Below, one piece after another: positions 1 to 11,200 of a stretch of 64,000 nt of DNA; positions within the stretch are counted from its first letter, which is position 1; every line of letters begins with the position of its first letter. The notes beneath the pieces were generated by a model. That model saw only the letters and a program-made list of their open reading frames with translations, had not been told where the DNA came from and did no database searches. Source of the DNA: Candidatus Omnitrophota bacterium (GTDB lineage Bacteria; Omnitrophota; Gorgyraeia; JAHJTE01); the NCBI GenBank assembly GCA_040753675.1, contig JBFMEB010000004.1:4288-68287 (forward strand), given 5' to 3'. Position numbers and translations under genes: made by a program.

Positions 1-2125
1 CCATAACCTCGGGTATTTTCTTGGCTATGCCTCGTCGTAACATATCTGCTTGAGATAGGCTAAATCCAGCCAAGTCGCTTGCTATGCGCATAACCTGTTC
101 TTGGTATACGATTATGCCATAAGTCTCCTCTAAGATAGCTTTTAATGCCGGATGTTCATAATGTATAGAGACCTTACCATGTTTTCTATTAATAAAATCA
201 TCCAGCATCCCGCTTCCGATAGGGCCCGGGCGATATAAAGCCAGAAGAGCAATTAAATCTTCAAAGCGGCTTGGGATTGTCCGCTTTAATAGATCGCGCA
301 TACCTGAACTTTCTAACTGGAAAATGCCGATTGATTTTGCACTGGCTAGCAACTTAAATGTCTTTGTATCATCTAAAGGAATTTGTTCAAAATTAATATC
401 GATATTGCGTCTCTGCTTTATAATTTTTATAGCATCTTCTTTCACTGTAAGTGTTCTTAAGCCCAGAAAATCCATTTTTAAAAGACCGATTTTCTCTAAG
501 GCAGTCATAGAATATCCAGTGGTAATCTGTTCATCAGTCTTAAATAAAGGGGCGTATTCGGTAAGAGGACGGTCAGAAATTACTACCCCGGCAGCATGAG
601 TCGATGCATGCCTGGTTAAGCCCTCTAAAACTTTAGCAGTATCAATAAGTTTGGTTATCTGCTTATCTTCGTCATAAAGCTTTTTGAGTTCAGGTTCTTG
701 CTTTACTGCTTCAGATAAACTTATATTCGGATCAGGCGGAACCAATTTTGCAATTCTGTCAACATCTGCATAAGCAATACCCATAACCCTGCCTACATCT
801 CGAATCGCCGCCCGCGCCTGCATTGTCCCAAAGGTAATGATTTGCGCTACGTTATTAACAGAATATTTTTTCGTCACGTAATCAATTACTTCCTGCCTTC
901 GTTCGTAACAAAAATCAATATCTATATCCGGCAGGCCCAAACGCGCAGGATTTAAGAAACGTTCGAAAATCAGACTGTATTTTAAAGGGTCAATATCAGT
1001 AATCCCTAATAAGTAGCTTACAAGACTTCCCGCTGCAGAACCGCGTCCCGGACCAACTGGGATATGTTGTTCCTTTGCATAACGAATAAAATCCCAGACG
1101 ATTAAAAAGTAACTGGTAAATCCAGTTTTTTCTATAATTTCTAACTCGTGCTTAAGACGTTCTTCTACAGCAGCGGTTGGATTCGGATATCTTTTTTTTA
1201 AGCCCTCTTTACATAAATTTAGTAAAAAGTCCTGCTTGCTTTTGCCATTCGGCACTTCAAAATGAGGCAAGTGAATCTGAGAAAAATCAAATTCAAGGTT
1301 GCATTTCTCCGCAATGACAATGGTATTAGTTAACGCCTCTGGGCAATAGGAAAAACGCTGTTTCATCTCCTGCGCACTTTTAAAATAGAATTCATCTGTC
1401 TGAAATTTCATCCGATTCGGATCTTGTAAGGTAGTCTGTGTTTGTATGCATAAAAGTGCCTCATGAGCAGGTGCGTGCTCTTTTAAAGGATAATGCACGT
1501 CATTTGTTGCAACCACTGGAATATTCAGTTCTTTTGAAATCTTGAGCAGTCCTTCGTTTACTTTTGACTGCTCTGGGATCTTATTTTCTTGGATTTCTAA
1601 ATAAAAATTCTCTTTGCCAAAAATCTGATAATATTCATCAGCTACCTTGAAGGCATCATTCATACGTTTGAAATTTATTAGATACGCAATTTCGCCTTTC
1701 AGGCAGGCACTTAAACCAAGTAGGCCTTCGCAATATTCGCTTAAAGTCTGTTTATCAATTCTTGGCCGGTAATAAAAACCCTCCAGATAACCGATGGAAA
1801 TCAGCTTCATTAAATTCTTATAGCCAATTTCATCCTTGGCTAATAATATTAAGTGGTATGCTGCTTCTTCATTTAAAGATATTGTTCTATCCCGCCTGTC
1901 TTTGGGAGCAACATAAACTTCGCTACCAATAATTGGTTTGACCCCGGCATTCATAGCTGCAAGGTAGAAATCTATTGCACCAAACATATTGCCGTGGTCG
2001 GTTATGGCTAAGGCAGGCATTTTATACTGTTGGGCAAGCTTTACTATTTCGCTGATTCGGCAGGCGCCGTCTAAGAGGCTATATTGGGTGTGCAAATGAA
2101 GGTGGACAAAATCAGAGTGCTGCAT
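1..2125 (-). CDS. dnaE: DNA polymerase III alpha subunit (C-terminal part runs off the window)
   Basis: Not in ORF track. Manual translation from ATG at 2125 gives MQHSDFVHLHLHTQYSLLDGA (PHP domain), then GPGRGSAAGSLV and PDIDIDF catalytic motifs. Confidence 0.97.
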   Translation of the reverse strand, partial: MQHSDFVHLHLHTQYSLLDGACRISEIVKLAQQYKMPALAITDHGNMFGAIDFYLAAMNAGVKPIIGSEVYVAPKDRRDRTISLNEEAAYHLILLAKDEIGYKNLMKLISIGYLEGFYYRPRIDKQTLSEYCEGLLGLSACLKGEIAYLINFKRMNDAFKVADEYYQIFGKENFYLEIQENKIPEQSKVNEGLLKISKELNIPVVATNDVHYPLKEHAPAHEALLCIQTQTTLQDPNRMKFQTDEFYFKSAQEMKQRFSYCPEALTNTIVIAEKCNLEFDFSQIHLPHFEVPNGKSKQDFLLNLCKEGLKKRYPNPTAAVEERLKHELEIIEKTGFTSYFLIVWDFIRYAKEQHIPVGPGRGSAAGSLVSYLLGITDIDPLKYSLIFERFLNPARLGLPDIDIDFCYERRQEVIDYVTKKYSVNNVAQIITFGTMQARAAIRDVGRVMGIAYADVDRIAKLVPPDPNISLSEAVKQEPELKKLYDEDKQITKLIDTAKVLEGLTRHASTHAAGVVISDRPLTEYAPLFKTDEQITTGYSMTALEKIGLLKMDFLGLRTLTVKEDAIKIIKQRRNIDINFEQIPLDDTKTFKLLASAKSIGIFQLESSGMRDLLKRTIPSRFEDLIALLALYRPGPIGSGMLDDFINRKHGKVSIHYEHPALKAILEETYGIIVYQEQVMRIASDLAGFSLSQADMLRRGIAKKIPEVM

Positions 2126-2131
2126 GGTGAG

Positions 2132-3673
2132 TTATTCCCACTCAATTGTAGCAGGAGGCTTTGAGCTGATATCGTAGACTACGCGATTTACGCCCCTTAC
2201 CTCATTTATTATTCTGTTTGAAATCTTTTCTAAGAGTCTAAAAGAGAGTTTTGCCCAGTCCGCAGTCATACCATCTAGGCTAGTCACGCAGCGAATAGCC
2301 ACAACATTTTCATAAGAACGCTTATCGCCCATTACCCCGACTGTCTTTATAGGTAAGAGTACTGCAAATGCCTGCCAGATCTGGTGATATTTTTTTGCCT
2401 TCTTAATCTCCTCAATAACAATATCATCTACTTCTCTTAAGAGATCTAACCGCTCTTTAGTAACCTCGCCAATAATCCGTACTGCCAAGCCCGGCCCTGG
2501 AAAAGGATGCCGTTGCGCAATATGCTCTGGTAAGTCTAAAACCTTAGCAATCTCTCTTACTTCATCTTTAAATAATTCTCTCAATGGCTCAATAAGTTTT
2601 AATTTGAAATTTTTAGGTAAGCCTCCGACGTTATGATGGCTTTTTATCCTTGCGCTGGGTGAGCCGATAGGAGAAACAGATTCTATAACATCTGGATAAA
2701 GAGTTCCTTGGGCTAAGAATTTTGCATCTTTAAATTTTACTGCCTCTTTCGTAAAAACCTCGATAAATTCTTTGCCAATAATCCTGCGCTTCTGTTCAGG
2801 GTCAATCACTCCTTTTAATTTATCCAAAAATCTGCTTTGTTCATTTACAAAGTCAATATTAAGGTTGAGATTATCCTGGAATACTTCCTTAACCCTTTTT
2901 GCCTCATCCTTTCTTAATAGGCCGTTATCTACAAATATGCATTTTGACTTATTCCCAATCGCCTTATGCAATAGTAGAGCCAAAACCGAAGAGTCCACGC
3001 CGCCAGAGAGGCCACAGATAACCTCCCCCTCTTTAACTTTTTCTCTAATCTGGTTAATTGCCTCACTTACAAAAGACTCTATCTGCCAATTGCCACGGCA
3101 GCGGCAAATTTCAAATAGAAAATTTGCCAAAATATTTTTTCCCAAAGGGGTGTGCACTACTTCCGGATGGAACTGCACGCCAAAAATTTTATTTTTAGTG
3201 TTGCTGACAGCAGCAAATTTAGAATTTTTAGTGTGGGCGATTGACTTAAAATCAGGTGGTAATTTCTTTAAAGAATCTCCGTGGCTCATCCAGCATGTAA
3301 TTTTTTTTGGTATGCCCCTAAATAGACCCTTTGCATCATTTATAAAAAGTGTTGCCTTGCCATATTCGCGCTTAATTCCCTGATTAACCTCACCGCCTAA
3401 ATTCTGGCCGATTAATTGCATCCCGTAACAAATGCCTAAAATCGGTAATCTTAATTTAAAAATTCCTTTGTTTGGATGTGGCGAGCCTTTATCGTAGACG
3501 CTGGAAGGACCTCCGGAAAGAATAATGCCTTTAGGATTAATTTTGCGAATGGTAGAGACTGAGATATTGAAAGGGACAATCTGACTATAGACTTTAAGTT
3601 CTCGAATTCTACGAGCAATTAACTGAGTATATTGAGAGCCAAAGTCTAAGATAATGACGGTTTCACGCAACAC
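2132..3673 (-). CDS. guaA: GMP synthase (glutamine-hydrolysing)
   Basis: [38 protein letters not shown] and C-terminal KPPATIEWE. Confidence 0.98.
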   Translation of the reverse strand: MLRETVIILDFGSQYTQLIARRIRELKVYSQIVPFNISVSTIRKINPKGIILSGGPSSVYDKGSPHPNKGIFKLRLPILGICYGMQLIGQNLGGEVNQGIKREYGKATLFINDAKGLFRGIPKKITCWMSHGDSLKKLPPDFKSIAHTKNSKFAAVSNTKNKIFGVQFHPEVVHTPLGKNILANFLFEICRCRGNWQIESFVSEAINQIREKVKEGEVICGLSGGVDSSVLALLLHKAIGNKSKCIFVDNGLLRKDEAKRVKEVFQDNLNLNIDFVNEQSRFLDKLKGVIDPEQKRRIIGKEFIEVFTKEAVKFKDAKFLAQGTLYPDVIESVSPIGSPSARIKSHHNVGGLPKNFKLKLIEPLRELFKDEVREIAKVLDLPEHIAQRHPFPGPGLAVRIIGEVTKERLDLLREVDDIVIEEIKKAKKYHQIWQAFAVLLPIKTVGVMGDKRSYENVVAIRCVTSLDGMTADWAKLSFRLLEKISNRIINEVRGVNRVVYDISSKPPATIEWE

Positions 3674-4834
3674 TTACTTTCCCATCCCTACGCGCTGCAC
3701 TGCCTGGAAAATTTTTCCTTCTGTCTGAATCGAGGGAGCAATGATTATTTCTACATCGTGCATCTGTTTTATATTAGCAGCACCTAGCGACCCCATAGAA
3801 GTAGCAAGAGCTCCCATTAAATTCTGAGAGCCGTCATCTACCTTTGCCGGCCCAAAAAGTATCTCTTCCAATGAACCAGCAGTGCCTACTTTGATCCGTG
3901 TGCCGCGAGGTAGGTTTATATTGCTTGTGGCCATGCCCCAATGAAATCCTTTTCCCGGTGCTTCCTTAGCCCTGGCAAAAGAAGAACCAATCATTACTGC
4001 ATCTGCGCCGCTGGCAAATGCCTTACAAATATCTCCTCCGGTACGCATACCGCCGTCACAAATAATAGCTATATATTTTCCAGTTCGCTTATAATAATAA
4101 TCTCGCGCTGCAGCTGCATCTATGGTTGAGGTTACCTGAGGCACACCAATTCCTAAAACACCTCGTGTGGTGCAGGCTGCGCCAGGTCCTATTCCGACTA
4201 GTACTCCAGCAATGCCAGTACTAAGTAGCTCTAAGGTAACTTCATAAGTAACACAATTCCCGAGTAATACTGGAACTCTCATACTTCTTACAAAGGCGGC
4301 AATGTCTAATGACTTATATGCCTTAGAAATATGGCGCACAGTGGTAACTGTGGACTGAACTACAAAAAAGTCAACCCCTGCTTCCTGAGATATCCTGCCA
4401 AAACGCTCTGCGTTAGCAGGCGTGCAACTCACTATTGCACAAACACCTTCTTTTTTTATCTGGCTTATTCTTCTGGAGATAAGTTTTTCTTTAATCGGCT
4501 CTTTATAAATTGCCTGAACTAATTTTGTTGCCTGTTCAGTGCTGGCTTTGGCGATTTTGCCTAAAACCGTAGCAGGATTTTCATACCTGGTCTGCACGCC
4601 TTCAAGATTTAAGACTGCTAAGCCACCTAACTTACCCATAGTAACGGCAAAATGCACATCAACCACGCCATCCATTGCTGCGGCGATAATTGGAACTTTA
4701 AATTTCTTGCCGTCTAATGTAAAACTGGTATCTACATCCTCTGGATTTATGGTTATTGTTCCCGGCGCTAAAGCAATTTCATCAAAGCCATAACAGCGCC
4801 GTGCTCGCCTTCCTATTCCAACCCATTCTGCCAT
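3674..4834 (-). CDS. guaB: IMP dehydrogenase family protein, CBS-less GuaB3 type
   Basis: GIGPGAACTTR catalytic loop and DGGMRTGGDICKA. Start placed at ATG 4834, after a GAGGTGAGG Shine-Dalgarno. Confidence 0.88.
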   Translation of the reverse strand: MAEWVGIGRRARRCYGFDEIALAPGTITINPEDVDTSFTLDGKKFKVPIIAAAMDGVVDVHFAVTMGKLGGLAVLNLEGVQTRYENPATVLGKIAKASTEQATKLVQAIYKEPIKEKLISRRISQIKKEGVCAIVSCTPANAERFGRISQEAGVDFFVVQSTVTTVRHISKAYKSLDIAAFVRSMRVPVLLGNCVTYEVTLELLSTGIAGVLVGIGPGAACTTRGVLGIGVPQVTSTIDAAAARDYYYKRTGKYIAIICDGGMRTGGDICKAFASGADAVMIGSSFARAKEAPGKGFHWGMATSNINLPRGTRIKVGTAGSLEEILFGPAKVDDGSQNLMGALATSMGSLGAANIKQMHDVEIIIAPSIQTEGKIFQAVQRVGMGK

Positions 4835-4877
4835 ATAATACCTCACCTCGCTAATGACTATTTTTATTTAAAAAAAC

Positions 4878-4906
4878 ATTTTATCTGAAATCGTTAGTAG
4901 TGTCAA
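4878..4906 (-). promoter_or_regulatory. Sigma70-type promoter for guaB-guaA-dnaE
   Basis: Minus strand reads TTGACA-17 nt-TAAAAT. Confidence 0.7.
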
Positions 4907-4909
4907 TTT

Positions 4910-4948
4910 AAAAAAAATAAGGGCGGGATTTCTCCTGCCCTTATTTTT
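4910..4948 (-). terminator. Intrinsic terminator after groEL
   Basis: Hairpin AAAATAAGGGCGGGA-ttt-CTCCTGCCCTTATTTT followed by a T-run on the minus strand. Confidence 0.75.
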
Positions 4949-4975
4949 AGCTTTACGCTTTGCGTTTTTCGCTTT

Positions 4976-6607
4976 TTAATACATTCCTCCGCCCATTCCA
5001 CCAGGAGGCATTGCTGGCATAGCTGGCTTCTCCGGATCTGGTTTATCTGCCACCAAGCTTTCAGTAGTAAGTAAAAGCGCTGCAATACTGGAAGCATTCT
5101 GTAATGCAGAACGAGTAACCTTAGTTGGATCAATTACCCCTGCATCTATCATATCAACATATTTGTCCTGGTTAACATCATAACCCTCGTTAGTGGATAG
5201 TTCTTTGATTTTCTGCACAACCACCGAGCCTTCCAGCCCAGCATTAAAGGTAAGTTGGCGAACCGGCTCTTCCAAAGCGCGCTTAATTATATCCACGCCA
5301 ATCTTCTCATCGCCTTTAAGTTTCAATTCATCTAATGACTTAATTGTCCTCAGTAATGCAACGCCGCCGCCAGGGACAATTCCTTCTTCTTTAGCAGCTC
5401 TAGTAGCATGCAAGGCATCTTCTACACGGGCTTTCTTTTCTTTCATCTCGGTTTCCGTAGCTGCGCCAACGTTAATAACTGCTACTCCGCCGGCAAGTTT
5501 TGCTAAACGTTCCTGCAATTTCTCTTTATCATAATCAGAATCGCTAGTCTCAATCTGCTTTTTAATTTGAGCGATTCTGCCGTTTAAAGTGGAAGTTTTT
5601 CCAGCTCCTTCAACGATTGTGGTATTATCCTTGTCTATCTTCACTCTCTTTGCCTTGCCTAAATCATCTAAATTAACGTTTTCTAATTTTATGCCTAAAT
5701 CTTCGGTAATTGCCTTACCGCCGGTCAATATGGCAATATCTTCTAACATTGCTTTGCGTCTGTCGCCGTAACCAGGGGCTTTTACTGCCACGCAGTTTAA
5801 TGTTCCGCGAATCTTATTAACTACTAAGGTAGCTAATGCCTCACCTTCAACATCCTCGGCAATAATAAGCAAAGGTGAACCTATTTTGGCAATCTGCTCT
5901 AAAAGGGGCAATAAATCTTTTAAGGAGCTAATTTTTTTCTCATAGATAAGAATAAGCGGATTATCCAGAACGCATTCCATGCGCTCGGCATCAGTAACAA
6001 AATAGGGTGACAAATAACCTTGGTCAAATTGCATGCCTTCTACCAAGTCTAATGTAGTAGCCATTGATTTTGCTTCTTCTACGGTTATAACGCCATCTTT
6101 ACCGACTTTTTCCATGGCATCGGCAATTAAATCTCCGATAACCTTATCGCAGTTTGAGGCAATATAACCAACTTGTGCGACTTCCTTTTTATCCTTGATA
6201 TCTTTGGATAATTTTTTCAATTCCTCAATTACCCTTTCAACTGCCTTTTCAATGCCGCGCTTTAAAGCCATTGGGTTTGCGCCGGCAGTGACGTTTCTTA
6301 AGCCCTCTTTATATATTGCCTCAGCTAAAATAGTCGCGGTAGTAGTTCCGTCACCGGCAATATCCGAGGTTTTTTCTGCAACCTCTTTAACCATCTGAGC
6401 GCCCATATTTTCATAAGGGTCCTCAAGCTCGATTTCCTTTGCTACAGTGACACCGTCCTTAGTAATAGTTGGCGAACCGAATTTCTTATCCAGAATTACA
6501 TTTCTTCCTTTTGGTCCCAGGGTTACTTTCACTGCTGCGGATAATTGTTCTATACCGCGCAAAATAGCCTGCCGGGCTTCTTCTCTAAATGCTAACTGCT
6601 TTGCCAT
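4976..6607 (-). CDS. groL: Chaperonin GroEL
   Basis: [18 protein letters not shown] and GGMGGGMY tail. Confidence 0.99.
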   Translation of the reverse strand: MAKQLAFREEARQAILRGIEQLSAAVKVTLGPKGRNVILDKKFGSPTITKDGVTVAKEIELEDPYENMGAQMVKEVAEKTSDIAGDGTTTATILAEAIYKEGLRNVTAGANPMALKRGIEKAVERVIEELKKLSKDIKDKKEVAQVGYIASNCDKVIGDLIADAMEKVGKDGVITVEEAKSMATTLDLVEGMQFDQGYLSPYFVTDAERMECVLDNPLILIYEKKISSLKDLLPLLEQIAKIGSPLLIIAEDVEGEALATLVVNKIRGTLNCVAVKAPGYGDRRKAMLEDIAILTGGKAITEDLGIKLENVNLDDLGKAKRVKIDKDNTTIVEGAGKTSTLNGRIAQIKKQIETSDSDYDKEKLQERLAKLAGGVAVINVGAATETEMKEKKARVEDALHATRAAKEEGIVPGGGVALLRTIKSLDELKLKGDEKIGVDIIKRALEEPVRQLTFNAGLEGSVVVQKIKELSTNEGYDVNQDKYVDMIDAGVIDPTKVTRSALQNASSIAALLLTTESLVADKPDPEKPAMPAMPPGGMGGGMY

Positions 6608-6623
6608 AATAATCCTCCTTTAA

Positions 6624-6861
6624 TGAACAGATAATTTATGGAACGATAGTGACATAAATTATAGTCCCGAAGTTTCGGGACGTCTGTGAATTAAACCCCC
6701 ACACCATATTTTACAGAAAAAATTGGCTTTCAAATAAAACGTTTTTTTCGGATTCAACTTTTTATATTTAATATAAGACATCTTGGTAAAATTGGTGTGG
6801 GGGTAAATTTAACCATACAACTTAGCTTCACCTAATGCTTGTTCGCTAAGTTGTGGCTTCA
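6624..6861. mobile_element. Composite miniature inverted-repeat element, copy 1 (inner cassette 6695-6804)
   Basis: Outer ends match copies at 38411 and 47912. Inner cassette bounded by ACCCCCACACCA...TGGTGTGGGGGT. Confidence 0.7.
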
Positions 6862-6862
6862 T

Positions 6863-7153
6863 TTACTTTATAATCGCCAGTATATCCTCTTCGCGCATAA
6901 TAATATATTCTTCGCCGTCTTTTGTGGTAATCTCGTTTCCAGCGTATTTTCCATATAATACCTTATCGCCAACCTTGACTTCTAATTTCGCAACTGTGCC
7001 GTTGTCTAAAATCTTGCCTTTACCAACTGCAATTACTTTACCTTCCTGCGGTTTCTCTTTTGCAGTATCAGGCAATACTATGCCGCCTTTTGTCTTGTTC
7101 TCTGCTTCTAATGATTTTATTACTACCCTGTCTCCTAATGGCTGTATATCCAT
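6863..7153 (-). CDS. groS: Co-chaperonin GroES
   Basis: [27 protein letters not shown]; adjacent to groEL. Confidence 0.99.
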   Translation of the reverse strand: MDIQPLGDRVVIKSLEAENKTKGGIVLPDTAKEKPQEGKVIAVGKGKILDNGTVAKLEVKVGDKVLYGKYAGNEITTKDGEEYIIMREEDILAIIK

Positions 7154-7185
7154 TTCCTACACCCCCTTATTTTGCTTCGCAAAAT

Positions 7186-7277
7186 TCACAGATTAGCACA
7201 GATTAAGGAGCGACAGATTAACACAGATAAAATTATCTGTGATCATCTGTATCTTTTAATCTGTGATTATCTGTGTG
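7186..7277. repeat. Short tandem ACAGATT units followed by inverted ATCTGT units
   Basis: Four ACAGAT(T/A) units then four ATCTGT units. Confidence 0.7.
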
Positions 7278-7288
7278 TCCTCACTTAA

Positions 7289-7315
7289 TTAGCACTCTTT
7301 TTTGTTGATTGCTAA
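7289..7315. promoter_or_regulatory. CIRCE element (HrcA operator)
   Basis: TTAGCACTC-N9-GATTGCTAA, one mismatch to the consensus TTAGCACTC-N9-GAGTGCTAA, upstream of groES. Confidence 0.92.
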
Positions 7316-7331
7316 TATTACTGGAAAAAAT

Positions 7332-7359
7332 ATTTTACATAATTTTTAAATTTTGTCAA
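7332..7359 (-). promoter_or_regulatory. Sigma70-type promoter of groESL
   Basis: TTGACA-16 nt-TAAAAT just upstream of the CIRCE. Confidence 0.7.
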
Positions 7360-8140
7360 GCAAAATCTGAGCAAGTAAAGCAATGCCTCGCAAGGTCAAG
7401 GTCTGGTCTATAAAGTCGACACTTTTCTTTAAAAACGGTATCATTAATTTTGCATCCCCGCCAGTCAAAATTACCTTTGTATCTTTGCCTAAAATATGTT
7501 TTAATTCTCTAATCAGGCCTTTAATCATTAAAGAAGAACCAATCATTACTCCGCTATATATACTTTCACAAGTCTCTGTTCCAATAAGCTTAAATTTCTT
7601 ATTTGCTTTAGGTAATTGTAATTTGGGAAGTAAGGCTGTGCCTTTATCCAAAGCATCAAGGCTCAAATTTAAGCCAGGAGCAATTATACCTCCAAGATAT
7701 TCACCTTTCTTAGAAACAATATCAAAAGTAATTGCAGTACCCATATCAATAATAATTAGCGGCTTGCCATAGATTGTTTTGCCTGCAAAGGCATTGATGA
7801 GCCTATCCTCTCCAACTGATTTTGGTTTTTTGTATAGATTTTTTATAGGAACAATAAGATCCTTACCCAAAATCAATACCTTAATGTCAAAAGTTTTCTT
7901 TAACAATTTAGCTAAAGGATAATTCATATGCGGCACAACGCTACAAATTATTGCACTACTAGTTCTAAAGTGCCTTCTTTTTATTGATAAACCAAAGTGA
8001 GCAATATTCTCCTTAAGTCTTGAGCGACTAATCTTGGTAGGAATTCTAATTTGTGAAATCAATTTGTTGGCTTTAAACAGCCCTAAGTGAATACTGGTAT
8101 TACCTATATCTATGGCGATTATTATTAATTTATGTTTCAT
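7346..8140 (-). CDS. coaX: Type III pantothenate kinase
   Basis: IDIGNT, GEDR, IDMGTAITFD, GGIIAPG, ILTGGDA. Confidence 0.95.
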   Translation of the reverse strand: MKHKLIIIAIDIGNTSIHLGLFKANKLISQIRIPTKISRSRLKENIAHFGLSIKRRHFRTSSAIICSVVPHMNYPLAKLLKKTFDIKVLILGKDLIVPIKNLYKKPKSVGEDRLINAFAGKTIYGKPLIIIDMGTAITFDIVSKKGEYLGGIIAPGLNLSLDALDKGTALLPKLQLPKANKKFKLIGTETCESIYSGVMIGSSLMIKGLIRELKHILGKDTKVILTGGDAKLMIPFLKKSVDFIDQTLTLRGIALLAQILLDKI

Positions 8141-8146
8141 ATTTTT

Positions 8147-8230
8147 AACGCTAATTCTCGCAAATGTAACGCGAATCTACGCTAATAAAATTAGCGATTA
8201 TTGGCGTGTAATTAGCGACTATTCGCGTTT
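8147..8230. repeat. Direct then inverted short-repeat array (ACGCxAAT / ATTxGCG)
   Basis: acgctaatt, cgcaaat, acgcgaat, acgctaat, then attagcg, attggcg, attagcg, attcgcg. Confidence 0.65.
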
Positions 8231-11200
8231 AATTAGTTAACGCATTTCTCATTTCCTTAATCCTATCCCGCAGCTGGGCGGCGCGCTCAAACTGCAGGTT
8301 ACGCGCTGCTATAGTCATTTCTTTTTCCAAATCTGCGATTAAGAGCTCTTTTTCAAAATCCCGGCTATTTAAATCAACTGATTTTCTTAAGAGCTCTTCT
8401 GCCTCGTATTCTTTCTCAATGCCCTCAACAATGGCCTTTTTTATTGAGCGGGGAGTTATTTTATTGCGCTGATTAAATTGGATCTGTTTTTTTCTGCGGC
8501 GGCTACTTTCATTCATTGCCGAAGCAATCGAATCTGTTATTGTATCCGCATACATAATAACCGTTCCGTTGATATTCCGGGCTGCTCTACCCGCGGTCTG
8601 GATTAAAGTTGTCTTGGAGCGCAAAAAGCCTTCTTTATCCGCATCTAAAATTGCCACCAAGGAAACCTCGGGCAAATCCAGACCTTCCCTCAATAGGTTG
8701 ATACCCACCAAGCAATCAAATTTTTTCTTTCTTAAATCCCGCAATATCTGGCTGCGCGCAATTGTATCAATCTCTGAATGAAGATAGTTAACCTCCAATC
8801 CTTCTTCCTTAAGATAAGTGGAGAGATCTTCAGCCATTCGCTTTGTTAAGGTAGTTACTAAGGTTCGTTCAGACTTATCTGCCCTTGCCTTTATTTCTTT
8901 TATAAGGTCATCAACCTGACCAGTAGTTGGCCGGAGGATAATTTGTGGGTCAACTAGTCCGGTTGGCCTAATAATCTGCTCAATAATTTTACCATTAGAG
9001 TGCTTTATTTCAAAGTCAGCTGGCGTGGCTGAGACATAAATTGTTTGATTCATTAAGGGTAAAAATTCTTCGAATTTTAAAGGCCGATTATCCAGACAAG
9101 AGGGCAGGCGAAATCCGTATTCCACCAAAGTTTGTTTGCGAGATTTATCGCCTTCGTACATCCCTCTTATCTGAGGTACGGTTACGTGCGACTCATCAAT
9201 TATAGTTAAAAAATCAGAGGGAAAATAGTCAATAAGGCAATATGGCCGGCTGCCGGCTGGCCTACCTGATAAATGTCTGGAATAATTTTCAATTCCTTGG
9301 CAGTAACCTGTTTCTTTGAGCATTTCCATATCGTATTTTGTGCGCGTGGCTAATCTATGTGCCTCTAAGATTTTACCTTGTTCCTTCAATTCTAAGCACC
9401 TTTGTTTTAATCCCGCCTTAATCGAGACTAAGGCAGAATTTATTTGCTCATCAGCTACCATAAAATGTTTTGCCGGTAAGATAGAAATCCTCTCTAATCT
9501 TGAGATTACTTTAGAATTTAAAGGATCTAGGGTGAATAAAGCCCGGACATTTTCTAAATCCAGCTGGATTCGGTAAGCGAACTGCATATAGCCGGGAAAA
9601 ACATCAATAAAATCCGCCCGGATTCTAAAACTGCCGGGCTTAAAATCAAAATCATTACGCTCATATTGTAAGCCCACTAAATCTTGGGCTATTTTAATTT
9701 TATCGCATTTTTCGCCGATCTGGAAATTCAATATTGAACTCTTATATTCTTGGGGTGAACCCAAATTATATATACAGGAGACAGATGCCACTATTAAACA
9801 ATCGCGCCGGGACATTAAAGAGCTGGTGGCGCTAAGCCGTAGCCGGTCTAAGCGCTCATTAATAGAAGCGTCTTTCTCTATATAGGTATCGGTAGCCGGT
9901 ATATAGGCCTCCGGCTGATAATAATCATAATAACTGACAAAATATTCAACAGCATTCTGAGGAAAAAATTCTTTAAATTCAGTGTAGAGCTGAGCTGCCA
10001 AAGTTTTATTATGCGAAATAACCAAGGTTGGCAGATTTAGCTTTTCAATCACATTTGCAAGGGTAAAAGTATTATGTATAAATAAACCTCCCTGACCAGC
10101 TAAAAAAGTTTCGTTATCTTTTACGCTTATGTCGTATATGTAAGGTCGTTTATAGTCTAAGGGTTTTATTTCCACCACAGGCGTCCAGCGACAATTCGAC
10201 AACTTGCTAATCTCTTCGATTAACTGTTTAGCCAAAAGATTATTTTTGGAATACTTATCAAGTACCGCAATTATCTTTTTAAATGTCCTGACTTGCGGGT
10301 TACGAATACCTGATTCTATCATAGAAATAGCCGAACGATCTATCCCCGCCGCTTGCGCAATAATATCTTGACTGATTTTTAAAATATTACGTATTTGCCG
10401 CAGCTTTGGACCTACGCCAAAAATAAGGTCTAGATTATGGTGTGGATTACGCAAAATTTCGGTTTTTAGCTTATCCTGCTTGTCTTTTGAAATAAAACCT
10501 ATATTTTTGGCAAAAATTCTTAGATTTTCTTGATTGTAAAATGAAACTCTCCAATACCAGTCTCCTTTATGAGAAGAATTCAACGCTCTCTTAAAAACCT
10601 TCTTAACCCGTGCCCAGATACCAAAACGCAATAATGCATAGGCAATATCAGAGGCTAACTCTCTACTAGCCGTAGTCATGCTAACGCCCTTACCTCTTTC
10701 AATGGTGCCGTCACCATCAAAATATGCGCGTAAAAGCACTGCCAACTGCTTCTGGGATAAAGCAGGCCAAAACCCCGGCAATCTTTTATTTCTTGCATTT
10801 TTTCCCACTAAATTACAGATAAAAGAAGCTAATAATGAAGACGAAATCTGAAAGTCAGAATTTTTTCTTATTGAGTAACGAAAATTTAATCTCTTAAAAA
10901 TTGATTTTAATCTCTTTCTGGTTTTATTATCAAAAGACGTAATCAAAATATATTTATCTTCGCTATGCCCTTCGGCAATAAAGTATCCCAAGAAAGACAA
11001 TATATATTTATTTACCGATAGCATAGCAGATAAATATTGTCTAGAATTTGTTTTAGGAGTTATCTTGATTTTCCGCAATTGGGCATGATTCAATTTATAA
11101 TTGAATCTATCCAATAACACAGAAAAGACTTTAGCTGGAATCCTCTTTCCTTTTATCCCGCGAGATATACAATAAAGTTTATTATACCCACATTTAAAAT

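Noticed and set aside
1-2125. Intein in dnaE
   Set aside because: The motifs I read (GRGSAAGSLV, PDIDIDF, ITFGT, STHAAGVVI) appear with normal spacing; no splice motifs seen.
4903-5133. 76-aa minus-strand ORF
   Set aside because: Alternate frame overlapping the groEL 3' end and its terminator.
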